Positions 24,852 to 38,458 of a stretch of DNA of 64,000 bases are shown piece by piece. Made by a program: the position numbers and the translations under genes. Source of the DNA: Octopus sinensis (lineage: Eukaryota); assembly GCF_006345805.1 (NCBI RefSeq), contig NC_042999.1, positions 55,180,001 through 55,244,000 of the forward strand, in the 5' to 3' direction. Below the pieces are notes generated by a model. The model was not told the DNA's origin, made no database searches, and saw only the letters and a list, made by a program, of their open reading frames with translations. Numbering within the stretch: position 1 is the stretch's first letter; every line of letters starts with the position of its first letter.

Positions 24852-25899
24852 ATATATAATATTATATATATATATATATATAATTATATATATATATATA
24901 TATATAATTATATATATAATATATATATATATATATTAATATATATATATATATATATAATATATATATATAATATTATATATATATATAATTTCACTCC
25001 AAGCTATGGTTGAAAACGATAGTTGTCCAGGTGTCACGCCAAGACATACACACACACTTGTACACGCATACATCGGTAAGTGTGGTTTGTGGGTGCACCA
25101 CACTGAAGAAGGGTACGCGTGCACTATTGAATGAATTCTTGAAGTTGATAAAGAAAATAGTATACGGGAGCGGAGTGGGGGCGGGTCGGTGTAGTGGAGA
25201 GGGATGGGTGGGAAGAAGGAGAGGAGGAGGAGGAGGAGGAGGTTCGGAGTGGTGGTGGCGGGGGCTGCCATTCACAGGTCAGTGCGTGTGGAGTTGCTAC
25301 TATTCGTGTCGGGTCAAGGGAGTGAGATTCGCCCGCCGCGTAGTAAAAAGTAATGTTTTTTTTTGGGGGTCAGCAGGGGTTAACGGCAGTCTGTCATCCT
25401 GGAGATATTTCCAGCGTTAGAAGGAGGGTGTGGGGGAGGGGGGCTGGGTGGAGTTAGGGAATGAAGTGGCGGTGGGGTTGGGAGTGTATGTGTGTGTGTG
25501 TGGGGGGGGGGAAGAAGCCGGCACGTGACAGACGTGTATTTTTAGTGCCGAGCTCTTCAGTCGCCGTGAACTAACTCGCCCACCACCACCACCACCAACC
25601 ACCTCACCAGCCACCACTCCTCCTTCATAACATCGCCATCATACAACCACCACCACCCTCACCGGCACCAGCCCGGACTAATAATACCAGCCGTGCCCCC
25701 TGATTTCCCCCACCTCCCCATTCCATATGGTGGGGCTCCGGGTCTTGACTTGATAAACCAAATACTTACTCGTTTCCCCCTCCTCTGCCTTCTCCTCTGA
25801 CGAAGAAGGAGGCAGCTAAACGTTTCCACTTACTTGAATAGTGATGTTGTTTATGACGATGATGATGATGACGTCATCACCCTGGACTTGAATCTTTTA

Positions 25900-26660
25900 T
25901 TTTTTACCTGTTTCAGTCATTAGACTGCGGCCATGCTAAGGCACCGCCTTGAAATTTTAGTCGAATGAATCGACCCCGGTACGTATTCTATCGGTTTATT
26001 TTGGCAAACCGCTAAGTTATGGGGACGTAAACACACAGTACCAGTGATGGATTGGATCTGTAATCTTCGAATTAGCTTTCTCCTTTCTGGTTTTGAGAAG
26101 CCTAATTCCTCAGGATTAGTATTTAAGCAGTGTGTTACATATCCCAGTCCCCCACCCAATTACAGGTATAAACCCGAACGTGGCTGCATGTTAAAAAGTT
26201 CCTTTTCCACATGGTTCCGAATTCAGTCCCACTGCATGAAACCTTGGACAAGTGTCTTTTACTATAGCCCCGAGTCAACCAAAGCGTGTATGTATGTATC
26301 TTTTACCGCATACTTGTTTTAGGCGTTGAACTGCGGCCATGCTGGGGCACCGTCCTGATGAGTTTAATCAAACAAATCGACGCCAGTGCTAATTTTCCTT
26401 TTGCAGAAACGCTAAGTTTTGGGAACGTAAACAAACCAACATTGGTTGTCAAGCGACGGTAGGTGACAAACAAGTACACAAACCGACACTTACGTATACA
26501 CGAGAGGCTTCTTTCAGTTTCTGTCTACCAAATCCACTCACAAGGTCAACCCGGGGATATAATAGAAGACACTTGCCCAAGGTGCCATGCAGTGGGATTG
26601 AATCCGAAACCATGTAGTTGGGGAGCAAACTTTTTAACATGTAATCACGTCAATATGTAT
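25900..26660. mobile_element. Cluster of SINE A fragments
   Basis: 25900-26045 (-), 26178-26285 (+), 26310-26650 (-). Confidence 0.7.
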
Positions 26661-26742
26661 TAATATGGCCCAGTTTTGGCCAAAATATATTTTAGTTTTA
26701 TCTAAGTTCATAGTGGTAAGGGAAAGAGACACATACAGACAC

Positions 26743-26851
<109 letters not shown>

Positions 26852-27684
26852 ATGTACCTCCACAGTTTCCGTTTGCCAAATTCATTTATTCACAAAGAAT
26901 TTGTTGCTTCGGGGCTATAGTAGGAAACACTTGCCCATTGTTCTCTATACATTATAATTGTGTACACACAGTGGTATTTTATAGGCCCGTTTTATGTGCG
27001 TACACTATTTTGAATTCTAGTCCGGCTAGCTTTGGTACAAATAGTAGTATTCTTTGATGATTTCCATATCGGGACAAGTATTTTCATTATGGCTCAGAAC
27101 GTCGGAAGTATTCATTACTGAGGGGGTCAAATCAGGTCGAAACACTGGGGTCTGGCGATTCACAGGTGTTCTGAGAAAAGCCCTGTTTTTTAACTCATGT
27201 TTCCTTGAGCCAAAATATCAAAATGTTATATACACCAGTATGTTTTTTATGAAAGAAGAAAAAGACTTCGAGTCCATGAGAAAGAGTTCCAGCAAATGCT
27301 TTCCGTTCAAATGGAGTCAGACTGCAGGTAATGGCCCCACTAATGTGATGGAGATTTCCAATGTTGCTTCTTCTTTTCTTCATCAAGTACAGGACAGGTG
27401 ATAAACACCTACACCAGTATTTTAATCGATGTCTGTTTCAAGTGTGTAAGTTCTATTGTGATGATAAGATATTGTTGTGATGATAAGATAAAGCAGTTAC
27501 GGTTTTGGGACTCTTGACCTTCCTTCCGTCTAGGACAAAGGAGGGGAGAAAGAGAAAGGGAGGAAAAAGTGAAAGCCTGTTGTTTTGTATACATATTATG
27601 ACGTATGTGTTGCCGTGAGCTTTGAGGTTTCAGCTTTACCAATAAAAGATCACTTGGTTCGTTTGTGCTGGATAATATTTTTCA

Positions 27685-27896
27685 TTTTTAACTTGTTTCA
27701 GTCATTAGACTGTTGCCATGCCGGGGCAACGCCTTGAACAAATTTAATCGAACGAATCAACATCAATGCTAAATCTTTTAAAGCCTCGTACTTAATGTAT
27801 CGACCTGTTTTTGCCGAATCGCTACGTTACGGGATTGTAAACACACAAACATCGGTTATCAAGTGGTGGTGGAGAACAAACACAAACACACACACT

Positions 27897-27975
<79 letters not shown>

Positions 27976-28076
27976 TAGGAAAGAATGGTCGTAACTTCAA
28001 CCGTGCCCTTTCTGTTGTGAGTTTGCTACCCAGGTATCGGTTATCTTTCGAATTATCCGTAATAAGATAATTCATT

Positions 28077-28143
<67 letters not shown>

Positions 28144-28300
28144 GGCGGGCTTCTTTCAGTTTCTATCTACCAAACCTACTCACAAGGCTTTGTTCGGCCT
28201 GAATCTATCGTAGAAGACACTTGCCCATGGTGCCACACAGTGGGACTGAACCCGGAACCATGTAGTTGGGAAGCAAGTTTCTTACCACACAGCCACTCCT
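27685..28300 (-). mobile_element. SINE family A with expanded internal TA tract
   Basis: 3' half 27685-27895, 5' half 28143-28300. Confidence 0.8.
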
Positions 28301-29116
28301 GGATATGTCTCGGAGTTTGTTCCAAAAATTGAAGACCCAATATTTTCACACTAACCGAACTGACAAACCTATCCATTTCCCGCGCTGTCTAAATTTGGAA
28401 GAGAAAAAGTGAGAGAGGAAAAAAAAAACAAGTAAAAACGAAAACAAAAACACATTAGGCAATGTTATGCCTTGAAAGGCGGGGGTCACTATATTAAGGT
28501 TGGCAAACCCCCTTGCGAGATACGCAAGAATGAATATTCGAAAATGTTTCACACTTAACTGCTGCTAATCTATGATTTTGTCCTCGACATTTGTCGACTG
28601 GTAGGTGTTGAAAATAAACGAGATATCCCCATGTGTTGACATCTTCAAACAACCCTTCCCTTCTTGCATTTTACACTAAGTGAACTGTGACAGGCAATGA
28701 TTGAAGAGAGATTCTCTCTTCGCAGCTAGTTTTTGATATATGATTAAATATGGCAGCCGTTGACTCTACGTTCCCTTAAATGAATCATTACAGACTATCA
28801 AGTTGTGCCCATAGCCTGCATGCATGTATGCGTGTGTCTGTGTACATATATATATATATGTGTGTGTGTGTGTCTTTTATCTTTTACTTCTTTCCTTTCA
28901 TTCACTGAATTGCGGTCATGCTGCAGCACCGCTTTCAAGGGTTTTTACTCGAACGGATCGGATCAACCCGCGTGTTTATTTTTTTTTTCTAAGCCTGGAA
29001 CTTGTACTATCGGTCTGGTTTTGCCGAACCGCGAAGTAACGAGGAGGTAATCAAACTAGCACCGGTTGTCAAGCAGTGCTAGAGGACATACACAGACGCA
29101 CACACATATATGTATA

Positions 29117-29203
<87 letters not shown>

Positions 29204-29297
29204 TCTATATATTATATATTATGTTATATGTTTGTTTTTTACATTACACTTAAGGTTCTGCCCCCCTCTCTCTCTCTGTATATATATATATATATAT

Positions 29298-29490
29298 CGT
29301 CATCATCGCTTAACGTCCGTTTTCCATGCTAGCATGGGTTGGACGGTTTGACTGAGGACTAGCAGCACCAGGCTCCAATCTGATCTGGCAAAGTTCCTAC
29401 TGCTGGACACCCTTCCTAACGCCAACCACTCTGAGAGTGTAATGGGTGCTTTTTACGTGCCACCGGCACGGGAGCCAATCAGGCGGTATC
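29298..29490 (-). mobile_element. Family E retroposon 3' end
   Basis: catcatcgcttaacgtccgttttccatgctagcatgggttggac; recurs at 52336 and about 61460. Confidence 0.75.
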
Positions 29491-29699
29491 ATGTCTTTGT
29501 GGCGTGTGCCTCAGTCGTTAACTCTGAAGCTACACTGGGACACTTCCTTGAAGTGTTTAGTCGAACATATTAATCGTTATATTTCCAAGTCAGGTACCTA
29601 TTCTATCGCTCTCTGTTGTTAAATCGCTAAGTTACAGGGACATTCACAAACCAACACCGGTTGTCGACACAACGCTATGTTTAATGACATCGCTAAACC

Positions 29700-29960
29700 G
29701 TTTAAACTATTCTATAGTTTATAGCCTCTTTCTGCTGTCTACTGTTGTGATTGATTCAATGACTGCAGACCTGCCATTTTACATTTCTTAAATCCTGGAA
29801 TTCCGATTAGAAATTTCATCTGTTGGTAAACTATCGAGTCGTCTGCATATCACTGCTCGCTTGTGCATTTGGAAAACCCGATAACGTCGAGAGCTGTGTA
29901 AAGAATTGCAGAATTTTCTGGATGTCGTGCCAACTACATACCTGACTGTGCCACGTTAAC
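29700..29960 (-). mobile_element. Old LINE reverse transcriptase remnant (CR1/L2-like)
   Basis: Minus strand reads YADDSIVY (YADD at 29838-29849); surrounding sequence heavily decayed. Confidence 0.5.
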
Positions 29961-29979
29961 ATCACAATAAATTCTCTTA

Positions 29980-30377
29980 AGGATGGCGGCGAGCTGGCAG
30001 AAACGTTAGGACGCCGAGCGAAATGCTGAGCGGTATTTCGTCTGTCGTTACGTTCTGAGTTCAAATTCTGCCGAGGTCCACTTTGCTTTTCATCCTTTCG
30101 AGGTCAATAAATTAAGTACCAGTTACGCACTGGGGTCAATATAATCGACTTAATCCGTGTGTCAGTCCTTGTTTGTCCTCTCTGTGTTTAGCCCCTTGTG
30201 GGTAGTAAAGAAATAGGTATTTCGTCTGTCTTTACGTTCCCAGTACAAATTTCGCCGTGGTCAACTTTGCCTTTCATCCTTTCGGGGTCGATAGATTAAG
30301 TACTAGTTGTGTACTGGAGTCGATCTAATTGACTGGCTCCCCGAAAATTTCTGGCCTAGAGCCTAGAGTAGAAAAGA
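29980..30377 (+). mobile_element. SINE B head-to-tail dimer
   Basis: Full unit with tail 1, junction aaagaaatag|gtatttcgtctg near 30216, then a head-truncated unit with tail 2. Confidence 0.9.
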
Positions 30378-30664
30378 TTATACACTTAACGAAATAACTG
30401 TAGTGGTACCAGTTAACCCATTCGTATGTTTTATTATGTTTTTACACTACAATTAAGGTTCTATTCATCTATAGATACTTTTGGATAGTATTACCAAAGA
30501 ACACCGAACTTGCCTCTATCAATGCATTCCATGCTATGATAATAGATTACTGAACGGATTTGGATAATTCTGTTAAGCCAACAATTGTGATGTGCTTCAC
30601 TTTGATATGCCTAGATCCTTTATGGACCCCTGTTCGAAAATCTACATACATACATACATACATA

Positions 30665-30845
30665 CAGATCGTTAGCCACTACACACATTTTTTTCTCTCC
30701 TTGTTTTTTCTGTGTCCCTTTCCATAGAAGAGCGTTGGGTCGAAACGTAAAAGACTTTTTCTATTCCTGAGCGTTATACTAATACATCTGTTTGTTTTGT
30801 ACACCACCTGTCTTCGTCGTTTGTTTATTTTCGTAAACTCTCGAT
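30665..30845 (+). mobile_element. Penelope-like terminal fragment with degenerate hammerhead
   Basis: 30718-30753 cttt-ccataga-agagcgttgggtc-GAAA-cgta-aaag; downstream tcctgagcgt shared with the 4050/24605 family. Confidence 0.5.
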
Positions 30846-31221
30846 ACATAAATACATACATACGTACGTACAAAGCAAAAATCTCTTCCATTTTTCTCGA
30901 GCGTCAAATTAGTAGCCCTCCTCACCTTGTTTGTGGTTCTCTCACTTGTCTCTGTTTTGGTTTTTGCACAATTTCGAACCACACACACACACACACACAC
31001 ACACATCTGTGTATGAGTGAGAATGTGTGAACGTGTGAATGTTTGCGCTTAAATTAATAGTAATTATATATATATATATATATATATAGACATACATTCG
31101 CATACATATGTACACATACGCGTGCGCACACATATATATCTCGGTTCTATTAAAAGAGACATTGTAAAGTCAGTGTTAATCAAAGCTTACTTGAAATAAT
31201 TGAGCTATACACACATTAATA

Positions 31222-31292
<71 letters not shown>

Positions 31293-31367
31293 CGCATACA
31301 TACAACGGATATAATATATATATGTGTATATACATATATATACAATACATATATATATATACTATGC

Positions 31368-31418
<51 letters not shown>

Positions 31419-31820
31419 CATATGCATATATATATATTATATATATATATATACTCACACACACACACATATATATGCACATACATACATATATATATAC
31501 ATATGTATGCATGTGTGTGTGTGTGTGTGTTTGTGTGTGTGTATGTTTGTGTCTGTGTGGTTTATTGTGTGCGTACGGGAATGTATAAGCTCGTACATAC
31601 GAAAGAAGGAATACTTGAAGCGAAATATCGCAACGTTGAATGTCGGACAGAGAAATACGTTCCAGGAATTAGCAATGAAAGTGGATTGCAGGTTAATTTT
31701 AGCTGAAGAACGAAACAACTAGAAACCCAGTCACTAGCCTTTATAGCGCTGTTATAAGAGACTAAAGATTTATGATAGACCTATATATTATATATATATA
31801 CATATCATATATATATATAT

Positions 31821-31912
<92 letters not shown>

Positions 31913-31980
31913 TATATATATATATATATATATATATAAATCAAGACCTGTGATAAACTGTTAGATACCTACTAAAATTT

Positions 31981-32325
31981 GCACGTTTTAGTTATCTCAT
32001 CCCCATTAAAAAATTGGGTTACCTCCTCCTGCTAAAAAAATTGTTTAACCCTTAATAAAAGAAAACAAAAAATGAAAGAAATTAATAAACATGAGAACCA
32101 AAAAATTTAAACAACTTGTTGAATCTGATAACATTTTTATAACAAATCATACCATTCCTATTACGGAGGCCAAACGTCTGCAATGTGTTGAAGTATTGAA
32201 TCAAAAGGCTCTGACTCTTTTAATCCAATCTCTTGTCGCCACATTAGCTTAATATTTTAGTGGGGTGATAACCCAGTATTGTAATGGCAAGTTTTTAATG
32301 GGGGTGAGATAACCAAAAAGTACCC
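31981..32325. mobile_element. MITE, unclassified
   Basis: ttttagttatctcatccccattaaaaa ... tttttaatgggggtgagataaccaaaa inverted termini. Confidence 0.7.
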
Positions 32326-32857
32326 TAAAATTGACTAATTAAGACTAAACGACGAGAGAGGATAATCGTTGTTTCGGAGTTCACTTTTTGTACACACGTT
32401 CTTCGTTTGTTTAAATACCACATTCTCTCGCTCTGTCTATGAGTATACAGAAATACTATACACACACACACGTTTATTTATCATCATTGGTTTTCACATC
32501 TACTTATGCAAGCCTGCATGTATCGGAAGGAGTTCATTGGGGCAGATATTCTTCGATCGAATGCTCTTCCTGTTTCAAAACCTCACTTGTTTCCAAGCAA
32601 AGTAATATTTCTCCATGGCCTGACATGCTTTCGCAGAATATTGAAAACGAATGACACCACTTGTTGACAGCAATATTCATTGACAACAACCATGTGATAC
32701 CAAGACACACACACACGCAAATGTTTATACGCCATGAGCTTCCTTCAGTTACAATCTCGCAAACTTCCTCAGATGTCTCGCAGTAGAACTGAACTCAAAG
32801 ACGTATACACACATCCACGCCTGCATCAATCAATCAATCAATCAACCAATCTGTCCG

Positions 32858-32935
<78 letters not shown>

Positions 32936-32957
32936 CATCCATCCATCCATCCATCTA

Positions 32958-32990
<33 letters not shown>

Positions 32991-33005
32991 ATACACACAC
33001 ATATA

Positions 33006-33899
33006 TTGGGTCAGCCCATAAATAATGCTGTTTTTATTTATACTTCTTTTACTTTTCAAAATTAAGACAAAGTTCTGTTTTGATCTAAAGCATATTCTCT
33101 TTCATTTTCTACAATGTTCTTCCATCATTCTGGTACACTTGCAAGGCCCCTCTTCTAAAATTCACTTGTCCGCGATGAAAAATACTCCTCCAATACTGTT
33201 CTGACTTTGTCTACAGAATTCATATTTTTTTCGTCCAAATGATTTTGAAGACTGTGGAACAAATGATAATCAGATTGGGCATCTGGACGGGAGGGGCATC
33301 GTTTCCCATTCAAACTGCTCCAACCTTTGGAATGTCAATCTCGCGGTATGTGATCGAGCATTATCCAAATGGAAGAACACCTTGAAACGAAAGATGGTCG
33401 TTTTTCATCTAGCGCTGACTTGAATGACTGGTTGAATGACCAAATCCAAGCTTTTCTGCTAGTTTCTCAACAGTTACGATGGGATTTTGCCCCACCAGGG
33501 TTTGCAGGACGTCCTTGTTGTGCTCTACAGATCTTTCAAGACGAGGCTCGTCTTTTAGGCTGTACTCTCAGGCTCGGAATTTCTGGAAACACCGCTGACA
33601 CTGGACTTACGCATATTATCCGATCCCCATAATATTAATATTCTTCGCACTTTCCGTTGCGTTGTTGCTTTTATTGAACTCATAAAGCAAAATATGCCGA
33701 ATAACCCTAACCTCGTCACTTCCATTATGGCTTTGAAAAGACAGCTGTTAAAATGGAACTGCACTCTTCAAAATTTGCACAAAGAATAAGTTCCAGGTAA
33801 AATCACTACCTGCTTTTATATCAAGTTGATGCAGGTAGTTTATCCCGTTCCCCTTCAAATTTTAATTGAAAAATCCGCATTATTTATGGGATGACCCAA
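33006..33899 (-). mobile_element. Mariner, internally deleted copy of the 11816 family
   Basis: Same TIRs; central deletion with junction near 33425 removes the TGDEK and VWWD regions. Confidence 0.92.
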
Positions 33900-35658
33900 A
33901 TATTCATACACACACACACACATATATATATAAATGCATATATACATACGTATATGTACATATATCTATACGTATATATATACATACATAATACGAAGTA
34001 CGAGTACATGGAATATGAACTATTTTTTCGAACAACATATATACACACACACAAACGCGCGCAGTATACAGTCGTGAATCTATTCTTGCAAATAATTTCG
34101 ACTTGCAAATTCACTGACGTCAAAAACAGCAGAATACGTTTGGCGGAAAATAATTATTACATTATATTTTAGGTCTGGGTTATTTTACATGTCGTTACTG
34201 ATACTTTTTATTTTATCTCGGAACCAATTCCCCAGGAGAGATTGTTGGTAATAGGAGCTCCATCACACTGGAGTTACAACATGTATTTAAAAGAGCATGC
34301 CAATGACTTTAACCAATAGAGAGAGATGGACTTGCTATACATTAACTGGTATCATAAGTGCAATTTATGTACGGCTGAAGAGCGGCAAATTTGAATAGCA
34401 TTAACAATTCCGTGAATTAATTAGATGCAAGCTCGAAAGACATACAAGAACCGGATGAAGCACACTAACAGGTAATCGCTGAGTTTCTACCCTATTTCTC
34501 TCCTTTATTACGTATTTTCTCCGTAATGTTCAAAACAATATTTTCATTCCATCTCACAACTATCATTTCTTTTCGGGATCCCCTTATATTCTCACGAACA
34601 TACAATAGATTGTCAGAATCGTTCTCAAGCCTGTTTACTTATTCTTCTTTCCTCCACAAATCACACGCTATAATCTTGGCACATTATATAATATAGGTCT
34701 TGATATACTTTGCCTGAACAAAGATGGGATTGTCATGACTAGAACAACATCTATTATACTTCTACCGGATCAATAGTGGTGTGGAACTAAATACAGGGCA
34801 GGCTTCTTTCAGTTTCTGTCTACCAAATCCACTCACAAAGTTGATCCGGGGATATAATACATGACACTTGCCCAAGGTGCCATGCAGTGGGAATGAATTC
34901 GGAACCATGTGGTTGGGGAGTAGACTTTTTAACATGTAGTCACGTCAATATATAAGGATCTCAGGCGGCAAGTGTTTCCTACAATAGCCTTGAAGCAACA
35001 AATTCTTTGTGGATGAATGAATTTGGCAGACGAAAGCTTTGGAGGCACATCAGTTAGATAGGTGGATAGATAGATAAATGTGTCTCTTTCCCAATCACTA
35101 TGAACCCGGAACCATGTGGTTGGGAAGCAAGTTTCTCTTATCACACAGCCACGCCTGCGCCTAAGATATATATAATTTCACTCCCATGCTACGGGTGAAA
35201 ACGATATTTGCCCAGATGTCACGCCAAGACACACACTGACACACACACACACACAACGGAATCAATAGTTTTCTTCAAATATTCAATAATATATTGATAA
35301 CCTAGTTTCATTTTGTAGAATACTAGCACAACACGCACACACACACACACACACAACGCGTACATGCGACATACACGCACGCTGGTCTTTTACAATATAT
35401 TTAAATTTAAACACAAATAAACAGTACGCAATATATACGTAGCGAATACCTGTTATATTCGTGGTACCAGATCTATGCTTGAGGGAATCGTTCAAGCATA
35501 GATCTGCAAACTGGCAGCAAACTTTTCTCAACAAACGCCAAGCAACAGACGTGCTGAGTTAACAGAAATGTGGTTCCTTTCGTCTACCTCGACGCATTGG
35601 TGGCAACAGACATGTCTCCGTAATAACCATTCCGACTAATGAGTGATGAAGAGAGACA

Positions 35659-35720
<62 letters not shown>

Positions 35721-35777
35721 GTGAGTGAGTACGTGCGTGGAAAGAGACACGATTTGAAGGTTTATCAGGGCCAGAAT

Positions 35778-36025
35778 CTTTCCGAAAATCAAATCCCACT
35801 TGAAAGGAACACGATCTCAAGACGTCGTGGAAATCCAAGAAGTTTCAATGAAGCAGCTGCTCGCTGTCCCGCCAAAAGGCGCTCCAGGAATGCTTCCATC
35901 AATGGAAACGACACTAGAAAATGTATGGTTTCAGAAAAGGGACAACTTCGAAGGAGATTAAATGCCGAATCGATACATGTTGGGGTTTTCTTTTTCCAGT
36001 CTCGATAGATTTTGATCAGACCTCG
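35778..36025 (+). mobile_element. 3' fragment of a second mariner family
   Basis: FPKIKSHLKGTRSQDVVEIQ..QECFHQWK..FEGD* across frames; terminus gattttgatcagacctcg followed by TA. Confidence 0.8.
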
Positions 36026-36551
36026 TACATACATACGTACATACATACACACATACATACAAACACTTGCACTCACACACACACACAAACACACATACAC
36101 ACACTTGATAACTTTGAAGAGAGTTGTGCAGCTATTCATCTCCATGACATCCACACGTTTGAATATATTTGGCGCAGTCGTGTTTAGAGTGTGTATTAAT
36201 TTCAATGTATTATTCTCTCAAGTACAAAATCGAAGCCTCATACACTATGTACAATTGATAATGGAGGGAATAGCTTATCACAGTTTCATTAATTGTATCG
36301 ACCAGAAAGAAAGGTAAACAAAGCCATTGTTAAACGTTATCTTGCAGTGTTATCTGCCGTAGACTGAATTTGTTCAGTCCCCACATACACATACAGACTC
36401 ACAAACACAAGAGTACATCATGGGAAGGGAGATAAATCAAAAAGTTAAGAGGGCAGACTGCGTGTTTCTCAGCAACGGAAACAAAAAATACAAAATTACT
36501 TATGCGCATATACACACAAAGAGACACTGCCGCAAAAGATAAAATCACATA

Positions 36552-36586
<35 letters not shown>

Positions 36587-36629
36587 TGTGTGTGTGTGTA
36601 TGTATGTATGTATACATACATACGGACTT

Positions 36630-36683
36630 TGGCTGATGAGAAATCAGGCACCTATTTGGCGTTAAATTTCGAAACCGGTACCA
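36630..36683 (+). ncRNA. Minimal type I hammerhead ribozyme motif
   Basis: tgg-CTGATGA-gaaat...atttc-GAAA-ccgg-TA-cca; full core, palindromic ACCGGT; heads a TA-bounded fragment to about 36953. Confidence 0.8.
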
Positions 36684-36949
36684 GGTTGACCAACATTTAC
36701 TTGTTCTGACCTATTTGAGGTAAGACATTATTATTGTTCACTGATATTTTTCCTATCTTGTCTGTAATGGATTTGAGACTATTCGGTGGTACAGAAGTAT
36801 TTTTTGACTTCTATCATTAGCGATATAGGTACTCATGTAGTACCCTTGTGTATATGTACATATCTAATATTGTATGTATATATTTTATTAATTTGCCTGT
36901 ACGGCTGATAATTCGCTTACCGCTTGTGATGGTATTTTAATAATACCAT

Positions 36950-37025
<76 letters not shown>

Positions 37026-37028
<3 letters not shown>

Positions 37029-37247
37029 TATTGAACCTTTGGGAAGGGCATTATGCCGTTAATAATAAACACACGCACTGGTTCGGTCCTTTATTGTTAT
37101 TGAGTTTAAAAAATTAGTGAAAAACGGCTGATCGATTAATTGGGTAACAGAGTAACTAACCTATTAACTAACAATAACAATAAAGGACCGAGCCAGTGCG
37201 TGTGTTTATTATTATCGGCATAATGCCCCTCCCAAGATTCAATAGTA
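37026..37247. repeat. ~76-bp-arm inverted repeat (Penelope-like inversion)
   Basis: 37026-37102 versus 37172-37247; related sequence at 10450-10520. Confidence 0.9.
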
Positions 37248-37317
37248 ATTTCTTTCAACACACGAATTCACGTCAAGAATCTTGCAAACCAAATACGAAT
37301 ACGAACTATATATATGT

Positions 37318-37399
37318 ATCAAAATAAGTAACAAGGATATCCAAGGTAGTGTAGTACAATTGTTTCACTACCTTGGCTATCCTTGTTGCTTATTTTGAT
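37318..37399. repeat. 34-bp-arm hairpin with hammerhead half in the loop
   Basis: Arms 37318-37351 and 37366-37399; loop reads GAAA-caattg-TA on the minus strand. Confidence 0.85.
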
Positions 37400-37528
37400 T
37401 ATAATAACCCCATTTGATTTATATGGATAATACCATACAAAATTCTGGTACCTTTAACTTAAGTACCATATTCATCTGAATCTAAATTTTGCTGAACCTA
37501 TATATATATATATATATATAAAGAGAGG

Positions 37529-37588
<60 letters not shown>

Positions 37589-37609
37589 TGTATAGGAGCT
37601 ATAACTCTT

Positions 37610-38185
37610 GTGGCAACATGATGAAATAGCGAAGGAGCTGCACAGGAAACTATGAAAAGTGGGTGTTTGAGAGAGTCAAGATATGGTATAAGCCCAAACC
37701 GCAGAGAGTGGCGGAGTCAGGGACCTGCAAAATGCTGCGTGATTTTCCAATCCAAACATCCCACGCACAACAAGCCGAACCCAATAGCAGTCGACAAGAT
37801 CAACCACATGTGCTCTATAACTCATGTTGCGTACATCTTTGACTCACGAACACGAATAGCTACGCAGACAGGTGAAAAAACCCCCAGATGTATGCAATCC
37901 TCCTAAATACGAAAGAGCTCGCCTGTAGAAAATGAAGAAGGTGAAGATGGTGCCACGTTATTGTTGGGTCCATGGGGGACAGTATGAGAAGGCATCAAGA
38001 GGAAGATAAAAGAAATAGGGATAGAGTGGCTGGTAGACCTGTTGTAAAAAGCTTGCCTCCTTGACACGGCCAGAATAATCAGGAAGGTATTAGATTGTTT
38101 AAGAGAACGGATAACATGGTACCGTAGGCTGTAAGGAGTATGCTCGCTACTCATGCAATACTCCAGGAGTTAAAAGAATAGTGAT
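37610..38185 (+). mobile_element. Decayed R4/Dong-type RLE LINE 3' end
   Basis: QHDEIAKELH..WYKPKPQRV..DFPIQT..HNKPN..KACLLDTARIIRKVLD; followed by (TAC)n. Confidence 0.8.
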
Positions 38186-38385
38186 ACTACTACTACTACT
38201 ACTACTACTACTTACAACAATCCTTTCTACAGTTGACACAAAACCTGAAGTTTCACGAGGACAAGTTAAGCCAATTACAAGGACCTCGGCGGAATTTGAA
38301 CTCAGAATGTGAAGACAGAAGAAATGCTGCTAAACACTTCGTCCAGCGTGTTAACGATTAGCCAGCTCGTGGCCTTAATAATAAC

Positions 38386-38456
<71 letters not shown>

Positions 38457-38458
<2 letters not shown>

